NCBI GenBank assembly: GCA_964187785.1
Contig: OZ076409.1
Location: 66,218,001 to 66,282,000, forward strand
DNA: 64,000 bases
Origin: Amphiscolops sp. MND2022
Taxonomy: Eukaryota
Direction: 5' to 3'
Below the pieces are notes generated by a model. The model worked only from the letters and a program-made list of their open reading frames with translations, did no database searches and was not told where the DNA came from. Position numbers and translations under genes: made by a program. This document shows positions 26,213 through 39,023 of the stretch, one piece after another; position 1 is the stretch's first letter; each line of letters opens with the position of its first letter.

Positions 26213-28214
26213 CATGGCAACATCCATGGCAACATAGAGGTTAGTGAATTTTTGCTTCATGACAAAGTTTTCCACTGGAAAAATTTGTGCATCGATTTTT
26301 ATTTTGTTAAATTTTCAGTTGTGAAAAATAACTAATTTTTAGATGGTTTGCATTGGTTATTTTTTAACAGTTAGTTGTGAAAAAAAACGTTGATTTTTTT
26401 TAAAAAATAATCAACATTTTTTTTAAAGAAAAATATTTGACTGGTCCGAATCGGGAATTCGTATACTACTCCAACGTGATTGTGCACCGTCTTCGTTTGG
26501 CCTGTATTTCCGCTTCGACGTGAGCAGCGAACTGTCGTGTTTTTATCGGTCGGTGCAAAAGATCGGTCGGTCGGTGGGTGGACTGTGGTATCAGCTAGTC
26601 GTGGTTTTCCACAGTACCTGGATTGCTCACTTAAGTCTCACCGCATTTGATCATGTACTTATCTAAAGTGGGTAAAATGATCGGATAGTGGATGCGCTTG
26701 TCGGATCGTGTGCGGGTTCGACAACCTACGTGCTGGCTGACAACGACGATGGAGGGGTCATCGAACAGCAATATTGCGAGGTAAATCAGTTTTTTGAAAA
26801 GAGGTGTGCTGGTTCCCGGGAAACTGACCCTGATGTAGACGATGTGATATCGCTGTAGTTGTGATTCGCTTTTTGCAGTAGGTGCCGACATTTACGTGGA
26901 GTGTTGGAGCTGATGTGTGGAATGTCCATTGTGCGTACCTTACAGTCAACTTTCCTGGATGATTCTTCTACAGCACTGGGTTCGGATGTCCTGATCTCGG
27001 CATTGAATTTCGTACCCAGTTGGTTTGCTGGTTCGTTCCTCGAACAAACTCCTCAGACACTTCGTTCCTCTTTATCTGATGAAGTAAGAGTAAAGCAATG
27101 GGACCTGCTGCTCAAGTGAGGATATTGTCTGCCGAAGAAGTGGGGTTGTCAGGTCCTCCAGTAGACGAGTATCGATCAAAAGTCCTTGCGCAATTGGATT
27201 TACTAGAGGCCGTGGCAACTAGTCAGACTCGCTCTGGGAGCCGTCACGTTGTCAGTCTTACGTTTGGTAGGCTTCCATGTGGATCCCAAGTAGAAGAGCC
27301 CCGGAAACAGAGTGAAGTGACTTTACCTCAGCAACAAGGATGCTTATCTAGTGTCCTCCCTCTGAAAACGTCGCCCCCAAGTCTTTGTGTCTAGCGGACT
27401 TCGGTTACAAGGAAGATATCGTTTCGTACCTCCACGTCAAAGCGTTGGTCCGATCGATTTGCTCTGGAATCGTCTGGTGAGTCGGAGTGAGTGGCGGTTC
27501 AAGAAAGAGGAAAATCATTTGGACTTTCGAAAAACTATGTTGCAGAAATTCTTGTTTGCATTTCGAAATTGTATTTGCATTTTTGACTCATTTTGGTTTT
27601 ATTTTACTTGTGGAATTCGTTTGCTGACTTTTAGTTTGTAATACATATGCTTTGCATTTTATTTCATGCTTTTACTAAAGGTGTCTATGTTGGTTTTCAT
27701 GTGTAAATTTGATTAGTTGAGTTACATGTGTTGTATGTACTGGGAGGCTAGTCCTGTTCATAGATACTTGGATGCATTAGTATGGTTGATTTTGTTTAGT
27801 TTTGTTATAAGGAAGAACATTACGTGCCCACTTGAATTACATTTACACGGAGGAGCGAAGTTTATGCTTCATCTGAACAGGGGCCGGGTAGTAACTCTGA
27901 TCTGTAGTTAGCTGATTTTTAATTGCTGACTTGACCTTCGTTTTCTCTAAACTATCTTAGTTGAATGACGCGGTGTTTAGTAGTTTCCTTTATTGTTGTC
28001 ATGCTTAGTCACGTTATTTCACTCTACAGACAGAGCGTTTCCGTCCAATTCGAAACTAAAATTGCTAGTAGAGAGTCAGATGTATTGCATACTTGATTAG
28101 TTTCGTTATTTTCATGTTCTTTTGCATTTAGTTCTGCATGTCTTCATGTTTTCGTACATGTCGACTATGTAACGTCCGGCATGGCAAAATTTCGATGAAA
28201 AATTCGAAAATATG

Positions 28215-30178
28215 TGTCGAAACCCACCGTGTGGGCCGGCTTTGAAGGACCTTTCGAGGTTGACTGTCGGTTTTCGGTGTCTGTCTTACTTATGACAGCC
28301 ATCATTAAGTCCTTCAGTTGACTGAGCTCATTCTGTAGTTCGTTTATCTTTCTCTCATAACTCTCTTTTATTTCAGATAACTGAGACGAGATATCAGAAA
28401 CCTCGTTGCTATCAGAGTCATTGGCAGAAGACTGTGCCATGTCTGGATCCGTTTGAACAGGTGTTTCTAATGAGGAACTAATAACTCTTCCGCTTCTGAG
28501 TTCGGTGCCTAGATCTGGGTTCATAGAGGTGGGAGAAAAGGAATTATGAGTGAAGACTGGATTCTGGATGATTTTTCGATGTATTTTACTATTTTATGCT
28601 GTTATTCGAACTCAAATTCACTATTTCTGAACTTGAGATGTAAATGCGATGAGTTTTACAGTAAGACAAGGATACTAGTAAAGAATGAGAAATAGTTAAC
28701 GAGGATTAAGTAGAGTTCATCCAAATTTCATCGAACAGATATCAATCAAGAAATTACTCAGAGTTGTGGAGGTAGCGTTATTTACGATGAATAAGAGATA
28801 TGTTTTCTAGTTCAAATCTGTCGTAATTCGTCCAACTGGACGGTAGCTAATCGCAATTTCGGTCTGAGTAATCTCTAATGGCGGTCCAAAATTCAGCAGT
28901 TCACGTGTCTTTTCAGGCTGGTAAGACGCTAAATCTCTTACCAGCCGACTCTTATTGGCTGTTGCCAGTTGGTGCTAATTGGTAAGTCACGTGACCGGTG
29001 TTGTGAACTGCCGCAAGTTGGCCAAACCACATGGTACATCTACATATATTCATTATGACTAATCATCACTTTACAATGTCGCAATTGCCTGCACACAGCG
29101 CCATGGTTTCTATAGCAACTCAAATCATTCAATAATGTACTAATTTCAAGTCAAAACAGAGTAAACTGCATCACAGGATGAGAAAACGATGTTTTTCCAA
29201 CTAATTCTAGCACTAAAATCAATACTTCAAAACCAAAGATGGAAACGCGATGAATTCGTCAGAATATTTGCTGATTTTCAAGTCTAGTTTAGCTCTGGAT
29301 GAAAATGCGATGAATGGTGGTCTTTTAGCTCGAAAATCAACACGATATGAACTGACGATGATAAAAGGATGAACTCGTCTTCAAAATGAATGATTTCCAG
29401 CACAATTTAAATCAACGATGGTAAAAGGATGAACTCTCCTCGAAAATAACTAATTTCCAGCACTAGTGAAATTGGCGATGAATTCAGGATGAATTCAGCC
29501 AATAAAACAGGTGAAACAGCTAATTCTGCAGTAAAGACAAATATACGATGACTTTAGGATGAAGACATTCAGTAAAACAGCAAAATCTAATGAATCGAAT
29601 TCCAACGATGAGTTTAGGATGAACTCAACTGAAAACTCGACTAATTCTAGCGCAAGTTGAACTAGCGATGAATTTATGATGAATTAGTGATGAGTTAATC
29701 TAATAAAACAGATATCCAGCACTTCACTCTTTTTAGGATGAATTAAGGATGTACTTTCTCATTCCTTGTAGTTACTAGTCAGGACGATGAAATATAGATG
29801 CGTTATGCTCTTTTTAAGAAATGAGAAGCACATTGAAGGTTAATAATCACAAAACGACGATGAGTATAGGATGGTTTTCATGCATTTTAAAGTCCCGTGT
29901 GATCCGCTGATGGATCACTAGATGAAATCAAATAAATGTCCCAAATTTTGTTCACCCGCAATCTTGGCGATGTGATTGCGATGAACCTTGATAATATAGC
30001 ACTGTGATTTCACTAATAGATCAAGTTGTAGGATCACTAAGTCCGCTGATGGATTAGTGATGAACTTTTCTGAAAATCGTCACGACTACAAGTCCTGAGG
30101 CGAGGGAGCTAGTAGAAGTTACATATTCCATTATTTCTACATCTCTCGGTCCAGTCTGACCGGAAAACTTCTCTCCCT
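28215..30178 (-). mobile_element. Truncated tandem Gypsy unit (5' UTR plus gag start) sharing the LTR at 30179-30450
   Basis: Near-identical to 45280-47243 and directly abuts the LTR exactly as the 5' UTR abuts the LTR at 47244. Confidence 0.93.
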
Positions 30179-30450
30179 TGTCGTGACAAACCAATATTGA
30201 ATAAGATAGCACGTTAAAAGCCATTTGGCAAGATCATTTGTGCGGACACCGGAACTAGAGCGCTCAGTATTAAATAAATATATATAGCTCAAACTCAGGG
30301 GGGTAGGGATTAAGGTACAAGTAACGTAGGGTTGCTCACAACCATGGCTCTTATTATATGACATCATATTGCCCATATCTAAGTACATAAGACATAATAT
30401 TTACATTACAAATATTTAGTAGATTATATTTCCATCATGCTGGCATGACA
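30179..30450 (-). repeat. 3' LTR (also serves as 5' LTR of the truncated tandem unit)
   Basis: TGTCATGCCAGC...TTTGTCACGACA on the minus strand, preceded by a short PPT-like GGGGAG; 2 substitutions and 1 indel versus 47244-47516. Confidence 0.95.
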
Positions 30451-31074
30451 CTCCCCGGGGCGGGATTTGGACTGAGAGTGCAGGGGCCAAATGTGCAGAG
30501 GATGGTTGTCTCGGCGTTGGCTTCGACTGGTCCTTCGTTTGGTTAGGGAGAAAATGGCCTTCGTTAGTTCTGAATTGGCATGTCCTTCGTTTGTTCTGTC
30601 CTGTGAGAGCTTCTCTGAGAAGAGGACTTTCGGTAATCGTCTTTTCTGGCATCATCCTGGGTGATTTCGGTTAAAATTTTTCGACGCGGCAACTCTAATT
30701 CTTGGTCCATCGAATGTCCGCTGATCTGCATTTTATTGGTTGTCATGCTTTTGACGGGAGTTTCGGCTGGTTATTTTCGGTAAAAGCTGATTTCTCGAAG
30801 AAAAGTTTCCCTCCAAAACGCTTACGCTGAGTAAACAATTCGATTAGCTTCACTGACAAATTGGCGAAGAGTCGGGGATGAATGAACGATGAATTATTTG
30901 CTCAGCGAGACATCAATGCTGTTTTAGCGGAATGGCTGGCGCCGTTGCTTTGTTTACTCGCGATGGAAAGGAGATGAATCGTTGTCATAGCAACTGTCAA
31001 AAGTTACTTCCGCTGCTCGACTTTGAGTGAAATGAGAAAGAGATGAATTCGTCGCCATAGCAACTGTTGCTCGA

Positions 31075-31140
31075 TCTGATTGGCTGAGACTGGATTTATA
31101 ACTGAAGGAAATTACAACCGGTTGTAAACAGCATTCTCAT
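31075..31140 (+). promoter_or_regulatory. Candidate promoter of the antisense gene
   Basis: Reverse CCAAT box CTGATTGGCT (31076-31085), TATA-like TTTATAA (~31095-31101), Inr-like GCATTC ~30 nt downstream. Confidence 0.45.
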
Positions 31141-31587
31141 CCATAAATCATCCTCCATTCAAGTCGGTTTGAAAATCGCCACGATTTCCTTTGCGCGTTT
31201 CCGCTCAACTCCGTCGGTATTGATCTGAGACTGGCAGCTGTCAACAAATCAAATACTTGAAGTTTTTTGTCAAGTGTTAGGAGGGGACGATCCGTTTTCA
31301 GAGAAAGCTTGAGTTGGCTGTACTCGGAAGAAAAGTGATGTCAGTATTTGAAATCGGAGAGTTTTTCATCGATTTTTCATCTTCTGAATTCAAGTATTTG
31401 ATTAACATGGCATTCAAGCTGCGTCGCGCTCTTTGAAATCTTCTATTGAATTTGTTCTTCCGTAATCATGGTTGATCAGGCCATTTAATTACTGATCAAA
31501 TTCTCTGTTCCTGAATTCTTCGATTTCTTTCCTTCTTTCACCTTCTTCCATTCTTTTCAGATTGTTTGTTTTGCAATTCACTTCGAG

Positions 31588-34500
31588 ATGTCAGACATTC
31601 ATTCAGTCTACTCCTTACCAGATACCGAGGTCACAGAAAGTAAGTGCACTAGTTTTCTTTTCTTCACAAACGGGTTAGGGACAAACTAGGTACTGAAAAT
31701 ACGTCTTGCCTTAGCTGACTCAGTCCATTCTGTTGGCATCGTATCTGAGTTGACGACGCTTCAAACTGTGCCGCCGCAAGAGACTCCAATAGCCCAACCA
31801 GCTATCGCTGAGCCTCAGGTTGACCCTGGTAGTCAGCCTAATCAAGAGTTCAATGTCCCGTATCTTCCGCAGTGTAAGTATTATCCTTCCGGCCTTCAGT
31901 TCAGTCTTCGAATCCCTCATATCTCATCCTTACTTCGTCCAGTAGTTGACTCCTTTCGTACGGTGTTTCAGACCACTACCCTTGGTATGCCTCTCTCGGC
32001 AGTATCACCTTCGGGTGGTATGACCGCCACATGCGGGACATGCTGCGGGACAGTATCCAGCAATTCAGTGAGTTTGTCGATTTCTCTTTCATTCTCCTAG
32101 GCGATCGTCCGAACACTCCGATGTGATTCCGATGTAAACATCTCATCTGCATGTAGTGTCCTTTGTGGTCGATTACCCATGTAATTCATTTTCAAGATGA
32201 ATTTAGGATGTGTTATGAACATTCACCGTCCTTCATGACTGGCTCGCTGTAAATCTCATTCTTTGAAGATGAGTTTTGGATGAAATCTTCTCCAGTCTTT
32301 TTCTTCGCGCGGCGTACGCGCTCTTTCTTCTCTAATCGTCGTCGTCCAGTAACTGTTTCTTCTTTCAGGCCCCACACCGATTCACGCGCCGAGGCCTCGG
32401 CCCATCACCTATTCCATTGGAATAGGGACTAGTGATCACCAGGCTGAGAACATTGATGCTAGTACTCAGGGAGGGCCTCCTCAACTTGACTTGTCCTCGT
32501 TCCTTCAGGACTTGTCATTCGGGAGTGTAAGTTCTCCTGTCAGGCAGGCACCAGTGTCTGTACTGTCGCCAGTGCTGAGGGGTTCTTTTGCCGCTAGTAG
32601 TCCTCCTCCTGCTCGCATCACTCTCGACGCTGCTGTGAATGCTGTTGTCGATTGCGTGGATGCAGTCATCGATGCCGTTGTCGATACCTCTGATCGCGCA
32701 GTCCAGGCCGTTGTGGAAGTCAGTGAGTCCTCCACCTTCCATGATCCTCCTGTTGAGGAACCTGTCATCGTTGCCTTTTCTTCTGTTCCTGCCCTTTCAG
32801 TCAGCGGCACTGATACAGTTGGTGACGCTTCCGTGAATACCGCCGGCGGTGCTGAGACCCTACTTGAAGTCCCTGGTGACTTCTCGTCCGACAGCCTTCT
32901 GCCTGCTGAACCTGACCGAGAATCTGCCTCTCCCAGTGCTGCTCTCATGTCGACCGTGGCTTCTCCCATGGGACCCAGTCTACTGGATAGTGATGACGAA
33001 CCAATCGCGTCCCGTCTGCCAGGTTAACTAAACAGCTTTAAACTGGTGAAGTATCTGATCAGTAGATTTTTCATTCATTTCCTTCTTCGCTTTTGCTTTC
33101 ACTAGCATTTTTCACGTTTTTCTTCTTTTCTATCCATTTTTCATCGTTCTTCTGTTTTCACTATATGGTTTTCTGCAGTTTTCCATTTTTCCATCACATT
33201 CTCATCGTCAAAAGTCGTTGAACATTAGTTTTCGCTCTCTAGTCCTTTTTAGAAATTTCATCTCTTTTACATCTTTAAAATTTTCTCTTTTCGGTTTTCG
33301 CTATTTGTCGGTGTTTTCTTTTCAGTTTTCATCTCTTTTTCATCGTTAAGTTGTTTTCGCTCTAAAATATCTCAATTTTTGGTTCAAAGTCGTTCTATTT
33401 ATCTCTTTTCCATCGTTCAAGTTTTTCATTCTTTAAGGTTTCCATTTTTCATTCTGGTGGTGTGCAAAAATCATCTCTTTTTCATCTTTTCGTTTTCTTC
33501 GTTTTTCGCTTATATTTCCTGATGAAAATATTATTTTACATCATTTTTTCATCACTCCGGGTGACTTTTTGGGAGTTTGCGGTGGTTTTTCATTTTTCAG
33601 TTTTTAAAGATTATTTTAAGATGATCTTGGAATTTTGTGGGAACGTGGTCGTTTTTAGTGGATGTGCTATGTGTTGGCATGTGATTATTTCTGTTTGTAG
33701 GGCGAAAAGTGATCAAGTCATGGTGGTTTTCTCATGAATACTGTGGGCTTGCACTGGGCTATGCACGAAGTCATCAATCGCGGCTATCATTCGTTCGATG
33801 TTTACTGTGCAAGCGTGATATCAATGTTGGCAGCCGTGGTATCACTACTTTCATGGAGCATTGTCGTGGGCTCCGTCACCATCGTTTGGACTGCCTGATT
33901 CGTTTGTTTCGGGATTTACCGTTGCGGCGACGCGACGGGTCATTGATGAGTAATGAAGAGAGTGTGGAGTGTAGGAGCAGCCTGGGCGGTGCAATGGTGC
34001 CGTTCATTGAGACGTGCCCCTCCTTTAGTATACTGGAGGTGTTTGAGTTGGAAGCAGCTGGACGACCTGTGTGGGGGGACGAGGAGGAAGAGGATCTATT
34101 GTGTGAAAAGACCGTGCATCTGTTCGTGTGCCTGGTTATTGACGCAATCTATCGTGGGTGTCAGTTCGCCAGCGTAACGAGTTTGTGGGAGGTGATGGTT
34201 GCGTCAGAGCCGCAACATGCCTCTCTTTTCGGTGTTACTTGCGAAGTGAATGACGTGATGGTAATTCGTATTTCCTTTTGTTTTTTTGTTTCATGAATGT
34301 TCATGTAGATGGAAAAAAAATACATTTAGTGGGTGGTTTTCCATAGGTAGTTTTGAAGCTTGTGTGGGGGTGATTTTCAACTATTAATTGTGTCGGGTTA
34401 TTTTTAAGCGGATCGTGAATTAATGTATAGTAAAGTTGATGTTTGTTTTTAGAGTGTGGTTCTACTGAGTTTGTGGCCGTACGCGATGAAGAGGCTAATC

Positions 34501-36369
34501 ACTCTGTGGTCTAACTGTGGGTTCACTAGCTTTCATGTGGCTGTTGGGCAGGGGCGCGTGACTGGCACGGTCACAATGTGTTCTCTAGAAGGGATCAGTC
34601 AGTACTGTGTCTTCAGTTTTTGTCTGTCTGAGGATTGGGAAAAACGAGTTGTCACGTGGATGATTAACATGTGGTGTTGTTTGCTTGGAGAACCTGTTCC
34701 ACTTGGACTGTGTTGCGATGCGTTGCCACAGCTGGGTGGACTGTTCCAAGCCGCCACTGGCGTTGGGTCACTGGAGTTGAAGACGCTGTCATTGTGTGAA
34801 ATCAGTCGGACAATTGTGGACGTGGGAGGGCGGGCGCTCGGCGGGACTGATATTCACGTGGTGCTGAATCATCTGCAGAAGAGACTGAAAGGATATGTCA
34901 GGGATCCTCTGTTGTTGAGTTGCCCTCATCTGTTGCAGGTCGGTGTATTCTTCCGCTTTTATTTGAGTGTTACTATGAGTTGTACTCTTTGTCTGTTTCT
35001 GTTGTTTGTATATTGGTAGTAGTTTGTATTGTAATATTTTGTTTTATCTATGTGGAGCTTGTTATGTTTTGTTTAGGCTATTTTATCCGGGGAAGTCTAC
35101 GTGTGGACTCTTGCTGATGTGTGCGATGAATTACGTGCCAATTGGGCAGAAGTGCTGTGTCTAGTTCGATTTGCTTCGGGAGACGGGCCAGTAGATGCGT
35201 TGGATCTTACCTTGAGGGTGGAGTTTGGGATCCCAATCAGGCTCCGGGCACTTAGTATGGTCTATCGTGCTTGTTAGTATGTTGTATACTTACCGGGTGG
35301 GAAGTTTCTGTAGTTGGCCGTTTTTACGTATTCGAGTGTTTAATCAATTCGCATTTTTCGGGAAGGGAACGGGGGGGGGGGTTTAGTCCGATTATTTACT
35401 GTGTATAGAATTGTTGTGTTTTTCATTTCAGTAGTGACGTCGTACGAAAAGAGTTTCGGGTCTTCATCATTGCGGAGTTGCTACTGGGCGATCGAGAGTG
35501 CATTGTTTGTGAAACGCCTGCTGACTCTACTGGTTGACGAAGAGAGCCTGCCCACTGATCTGGATATCCGTGGGTGGTTGTTTGTGGATGTAGACAGTTA
35601 TGTTGTGTCAGCGACTAAGTTACAAGCCCTTATCGCGAGTTTCAGCTCGGATGAGAATTTGACGGAAGATGTGGCTGTGTATGAAGAGGATGTGTCCCGA
35701 GTGCCTAATTTCTTATTGTCTATCGTCAAGAACGTATTATTGCTACCAGGGATTCGTGACGATCTTGCTTTCGTGCGAAGTGTCTTTAGTTCACCCAGAC
35801 TGGTTTGTGTGGCGGAAACTGATCTTGTGGCGGAAATTCGCAATTTTACTGGTTTACTTGTGGAAATGGGGCGGATCAGTTTAGTCGAACAGGATCGAAT
35901 GGAGCTCGGATTTCTGGAATTCATAAGGGCTTTTCGGTGCGAGCCTAGGCCAGCTGGGGCGACTGCCGAGTATTCAGCCGTTGATCTGTTGCGTTGCTGT
36001 TCCAGTCGCGGGTCACAGAGTCTGTTACAACTTGTCTTTTGCCTGGGAGGGGTGGTGCAGAGCACTTGCAATACCGTATGCGAAGGGATCGGGCACCTGC
36101 CGAGCGATGTCATGAGCTGTGTATGTGCAGTAATCTCTAGTTATTTGTCTGCTAATCATGTGCGAAGTTACGGTAGTGTCAGTGGGCCACTGATGGAAGA
36201 AGTGATGGAGTCGCACAGAAGGCTCGTCGATCTATCAGAGATTACAGAGGGCATGTTGTGGGACGACGTCGGTATCGTGGCTGGGGAAGATTATCGTCTC
36301 CAGTTATATGCTAGTCTTGGTTACGATGTGACCGGGGAGCGGGCTGCCAGTCCCGAGATTGGAAACTGA
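31588..36369 (+). CDS. Spliced antisense cargo gene, 8 exons, ~1046 aa: disordered N-terminus, CxxC-H-H Zn finger, degenerate hAT-transposase-like body
   Basis: Predicted exons 31588-31639, 31715-31873, 31972-32067, 32369-33022, 33701-34260, 34453-34938, 35077-35272 and 35432-36369 total 3141 nt with no in-frame stop. All introns are GT..AG with matching phases (1,1,1,1,0,0,1). AATAAA at 36470-36475. Confidence 0.82.
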
Positions 36370-38431
36370 CTTATTAACTGTTTATGTTGTTCATTGTTTT
36401 GCTATATAATTTGTTGTATTTACATATTAGTGTAGTTATTCATATGTTGGGAGACCCATGAAAAAGGTCAATAAATGGAAAGCACAGTAATGACCATAGT
36501 GAGAATGATACAAATCCAGATGCTACGGCGGAAAGATCGGTAGTAGTGTGTTTACAACATTAGTTATTTTGGTGCCCAACAGCTGTTTTTCTTTTGAGTT
36601 GTTAGAGATAGTTACAGAGGATATTAAGTACGTGTAAATCAACAAGTTTGTCCAACAGTTCACTTGAAGCATTGTCTTCGGTATTTTTGTATCATAGATC
36701 ATCGGTCGCGCGTCGCTTTTATGGTGTTCATCGTTACTACATCTCGTGGTAGTGTAAGTAACTCGTCAGCGTTTGATCTTTGATTTTTCATCTCATTTTC
36801 ATCACGTTTTCCTCGGTCGACCAAGCGACGTCGTGAAAACTGTTTTTGTCATCGTTTTTACATCTTTCGGTGCGTCAGAAACATTGCGTGTTGTTACATG
36901 TGGTTTTTCTACGTATTTCATCATTTTTTCATCTTGCGTTTGATTTGAGCACTTTCGTGCGTTATTTGCTATAGTTCATCGTTTTTGCATCGCAAGTTTG
37001 TCTTGTTCAGTTTCTGCTCACTTTGCTGTATAGTTCATCTTCTTTTCATCGTGCGTTTGAAATGTACGGACTTTTGCGTGTTTTCGATGTTATTTGGCTA
37101 TAACGTAAGCGGGGGTTGCATTTTTCATGTCCGGAGGAAATTTTTATTAATATTGCGGTATTTCGGATTGTTTTCTTCATGTATTTTAGCGTTATACGGT
37201 TATAACCATTTGTCGTGTTTTTGAATTTGCATGAACTTTATGGTATATGTGTTTTAATCATCGTCGTCATGTTTCTAATTTGTCAACTTCGGAACAGCAT
37301 TGCATGTATTTTTAGTTCGAATTCTGGTGACCGCCGCTTGCGTGGCAGTCGAAAATAAGTTCACTCAGCAGTGGTACTGATAGCCTGTAGGCGTGCAAGG
37401 TACTAGTGGCTTCAGTCCAGCGCTGGGTGAGTGGAGCTGCTCCGCTCCTTTCAGGTAAATGGAATCTCGTAGTTTCGGGCTATATATAGTCTATATGTCA
37501 TTTTTTCCGGTCGGTTGTTTGCCATTATTCGTCGAAATGGGTTTGTCCATTTGACGGTCAGTCCGATCAATCAATGTGATTGACATCTACGGTTATGCAT
37601 GTGTCCAGTTTTAGACTATCTGTTTCTTGTATTTGCATGTATGGATTGTTACATGATGTGCTCTTTTAAATGGGTTGCCCCATTATTGACATGTCGTTAT
37701 ATGTTCGGTGTTAGTTTCATGTTTTTTGATTTTATTTTCGTTCATTTGGACAGGGCTTTGTCGTGACAAAGCCCCTACAAAACTAACTGAGAATCCACTA
37801 GCCGCTGGATAACCAACGCAGCAAGCTTCATCCGAATATGGTTGTGAGCTCCCCGCCTCAACTAACCAGCACTCTTTTCAGAGAAATGCCAGCCAGCACG
37901 AAGGAATGGTTTTAGCTTTTCGATAGGGGTGTTTTGTATGTTGTGATCTGATGTTTACTGGGGGGTGCTCACTCCTTTATTAGTTTTGTAGGTGTTTCGT
38001 CAGTTCTTATATTTTGCATGTAAGTTAGTAGACTTGATGTATTTTCGATCGTTTGTTTCATTTTTATTCGTCTAGGTTCGGATGGTTTTGGTGTGAATTG
38101 CATATATTATCTCATTCATTTTTGAACGGTACATGTATATTTCCGTGTGTTGCTCATTTGTATTGCATGTAGTTTGGAATTGTTAATTGCTTTCGTGACG
38201 TCATTGACTTGGCAGGTCTTTGAACTTTACATGTATTGATCATTTCATTTTTGTGTCGCATAATTTCGTTGCATGATTCGAAATAAGGTCGGTTGTTTTT
38301 TATCGTTTCGTGGAGTTACATGTTGTTTGCGAATTAGCTGATTTATTGTGATGTTATGTTGATGGTGTTTCCCATCACAAAGAGGTGTTGGTAAGTCATT
38401 TAATATTTTCGAATTTCCATTTAGACTAAAT

Positions 38432-38964
38432 TCATCGTTTTGACATCCTCCAGCGAAGCTAGAGTATTGTGTCAGGTTAACGATAAATTCGGTCGTGATT
38501 TGATGGTAGTGTCCATCACAAGTTCATCTCGTTAATTGATTTCATGTAATTTTTGAAGAATTGGATCGAGTTCATCGCTATTTCATCCTCTGGCCGAGCT
38601 AGAGTCTTGTAATAGCATGAACGTGGGTGCCCTTGCATTCTGATGGTATTTTCCATCTCAAATGCATCGCTAGTAAATATTGCATGTTGATTGGTCGATT
38701 TTTTGGCTGAGTTCATCACTTTTTCATCTCTCGTGTGTCTGAGCTAAATTTTCGTGTGGTTTCATCCTTTTTTCATCTCAAATTTTTGTGTGTTGTGTTT
38801 TCTGGTTTTTGATCGTTTTTCATCCGTTTTACATCTCGTTTTGTTTGTATGCGGTTTTCATGTGATTTTTAGTAACTTTTCATCCATTTTACATCTTCAT
38901 GTACTTTTTAAGTTAAAATTGCATGTAATTCGTTCGTTTTGTGATTTGTTCATCCGTAATACAT
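38432..38964 (-). repeat. Array of CATC-N7-CATC motifs at ~60-bp spacing downstream of pol
   Basis: Copies at about 38432, 38514, 38573, 38654, 38714, 38763, 38821, 38881 and 38950. Confidence 0.85.
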
Positions 38965-39023
38965 CTCAGATTTAAAATGAGACTTTCTTGGTTAAATGGT
39001 TACGTCTATTTTGTTGGTCTTTC

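Larger units (their letters stand above)
22272..30161. repeat. Tandem duplication: 22272-26212 and 26221-30161 (offset 3949 bp)
   Basis: Identical ORF sets at +3949; only two substitutions noticed (23666 vs 27615; 25717 vs 29666); junction CCATGGCAACAT-CCATGGCAACAT at 26212-26235. Confidence 0.95.

Noticed and set aside
32505..36216. Minus-strand ORFs 32505-32969, 35598-36113 and similar
   Set aside because: Antisense shadows of exons of the spliced + strand gene.
31750..36369. Treating track ORFs 31750, 32491, 33709, 34456 and 35401 as separate genes
   Set aside because: Their ends run into T-rich intron sequence; phase-matched splice sites join them into one CDS.
37321..37460. Hammerhead or twister ribozyme candidate (also CTGATGA at 52126)
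   Set aside because: Could not assemble the required core (CUGANGA, stem II, GAAA, NUH) by eye; an Infernal/Rfam scan would settle it.
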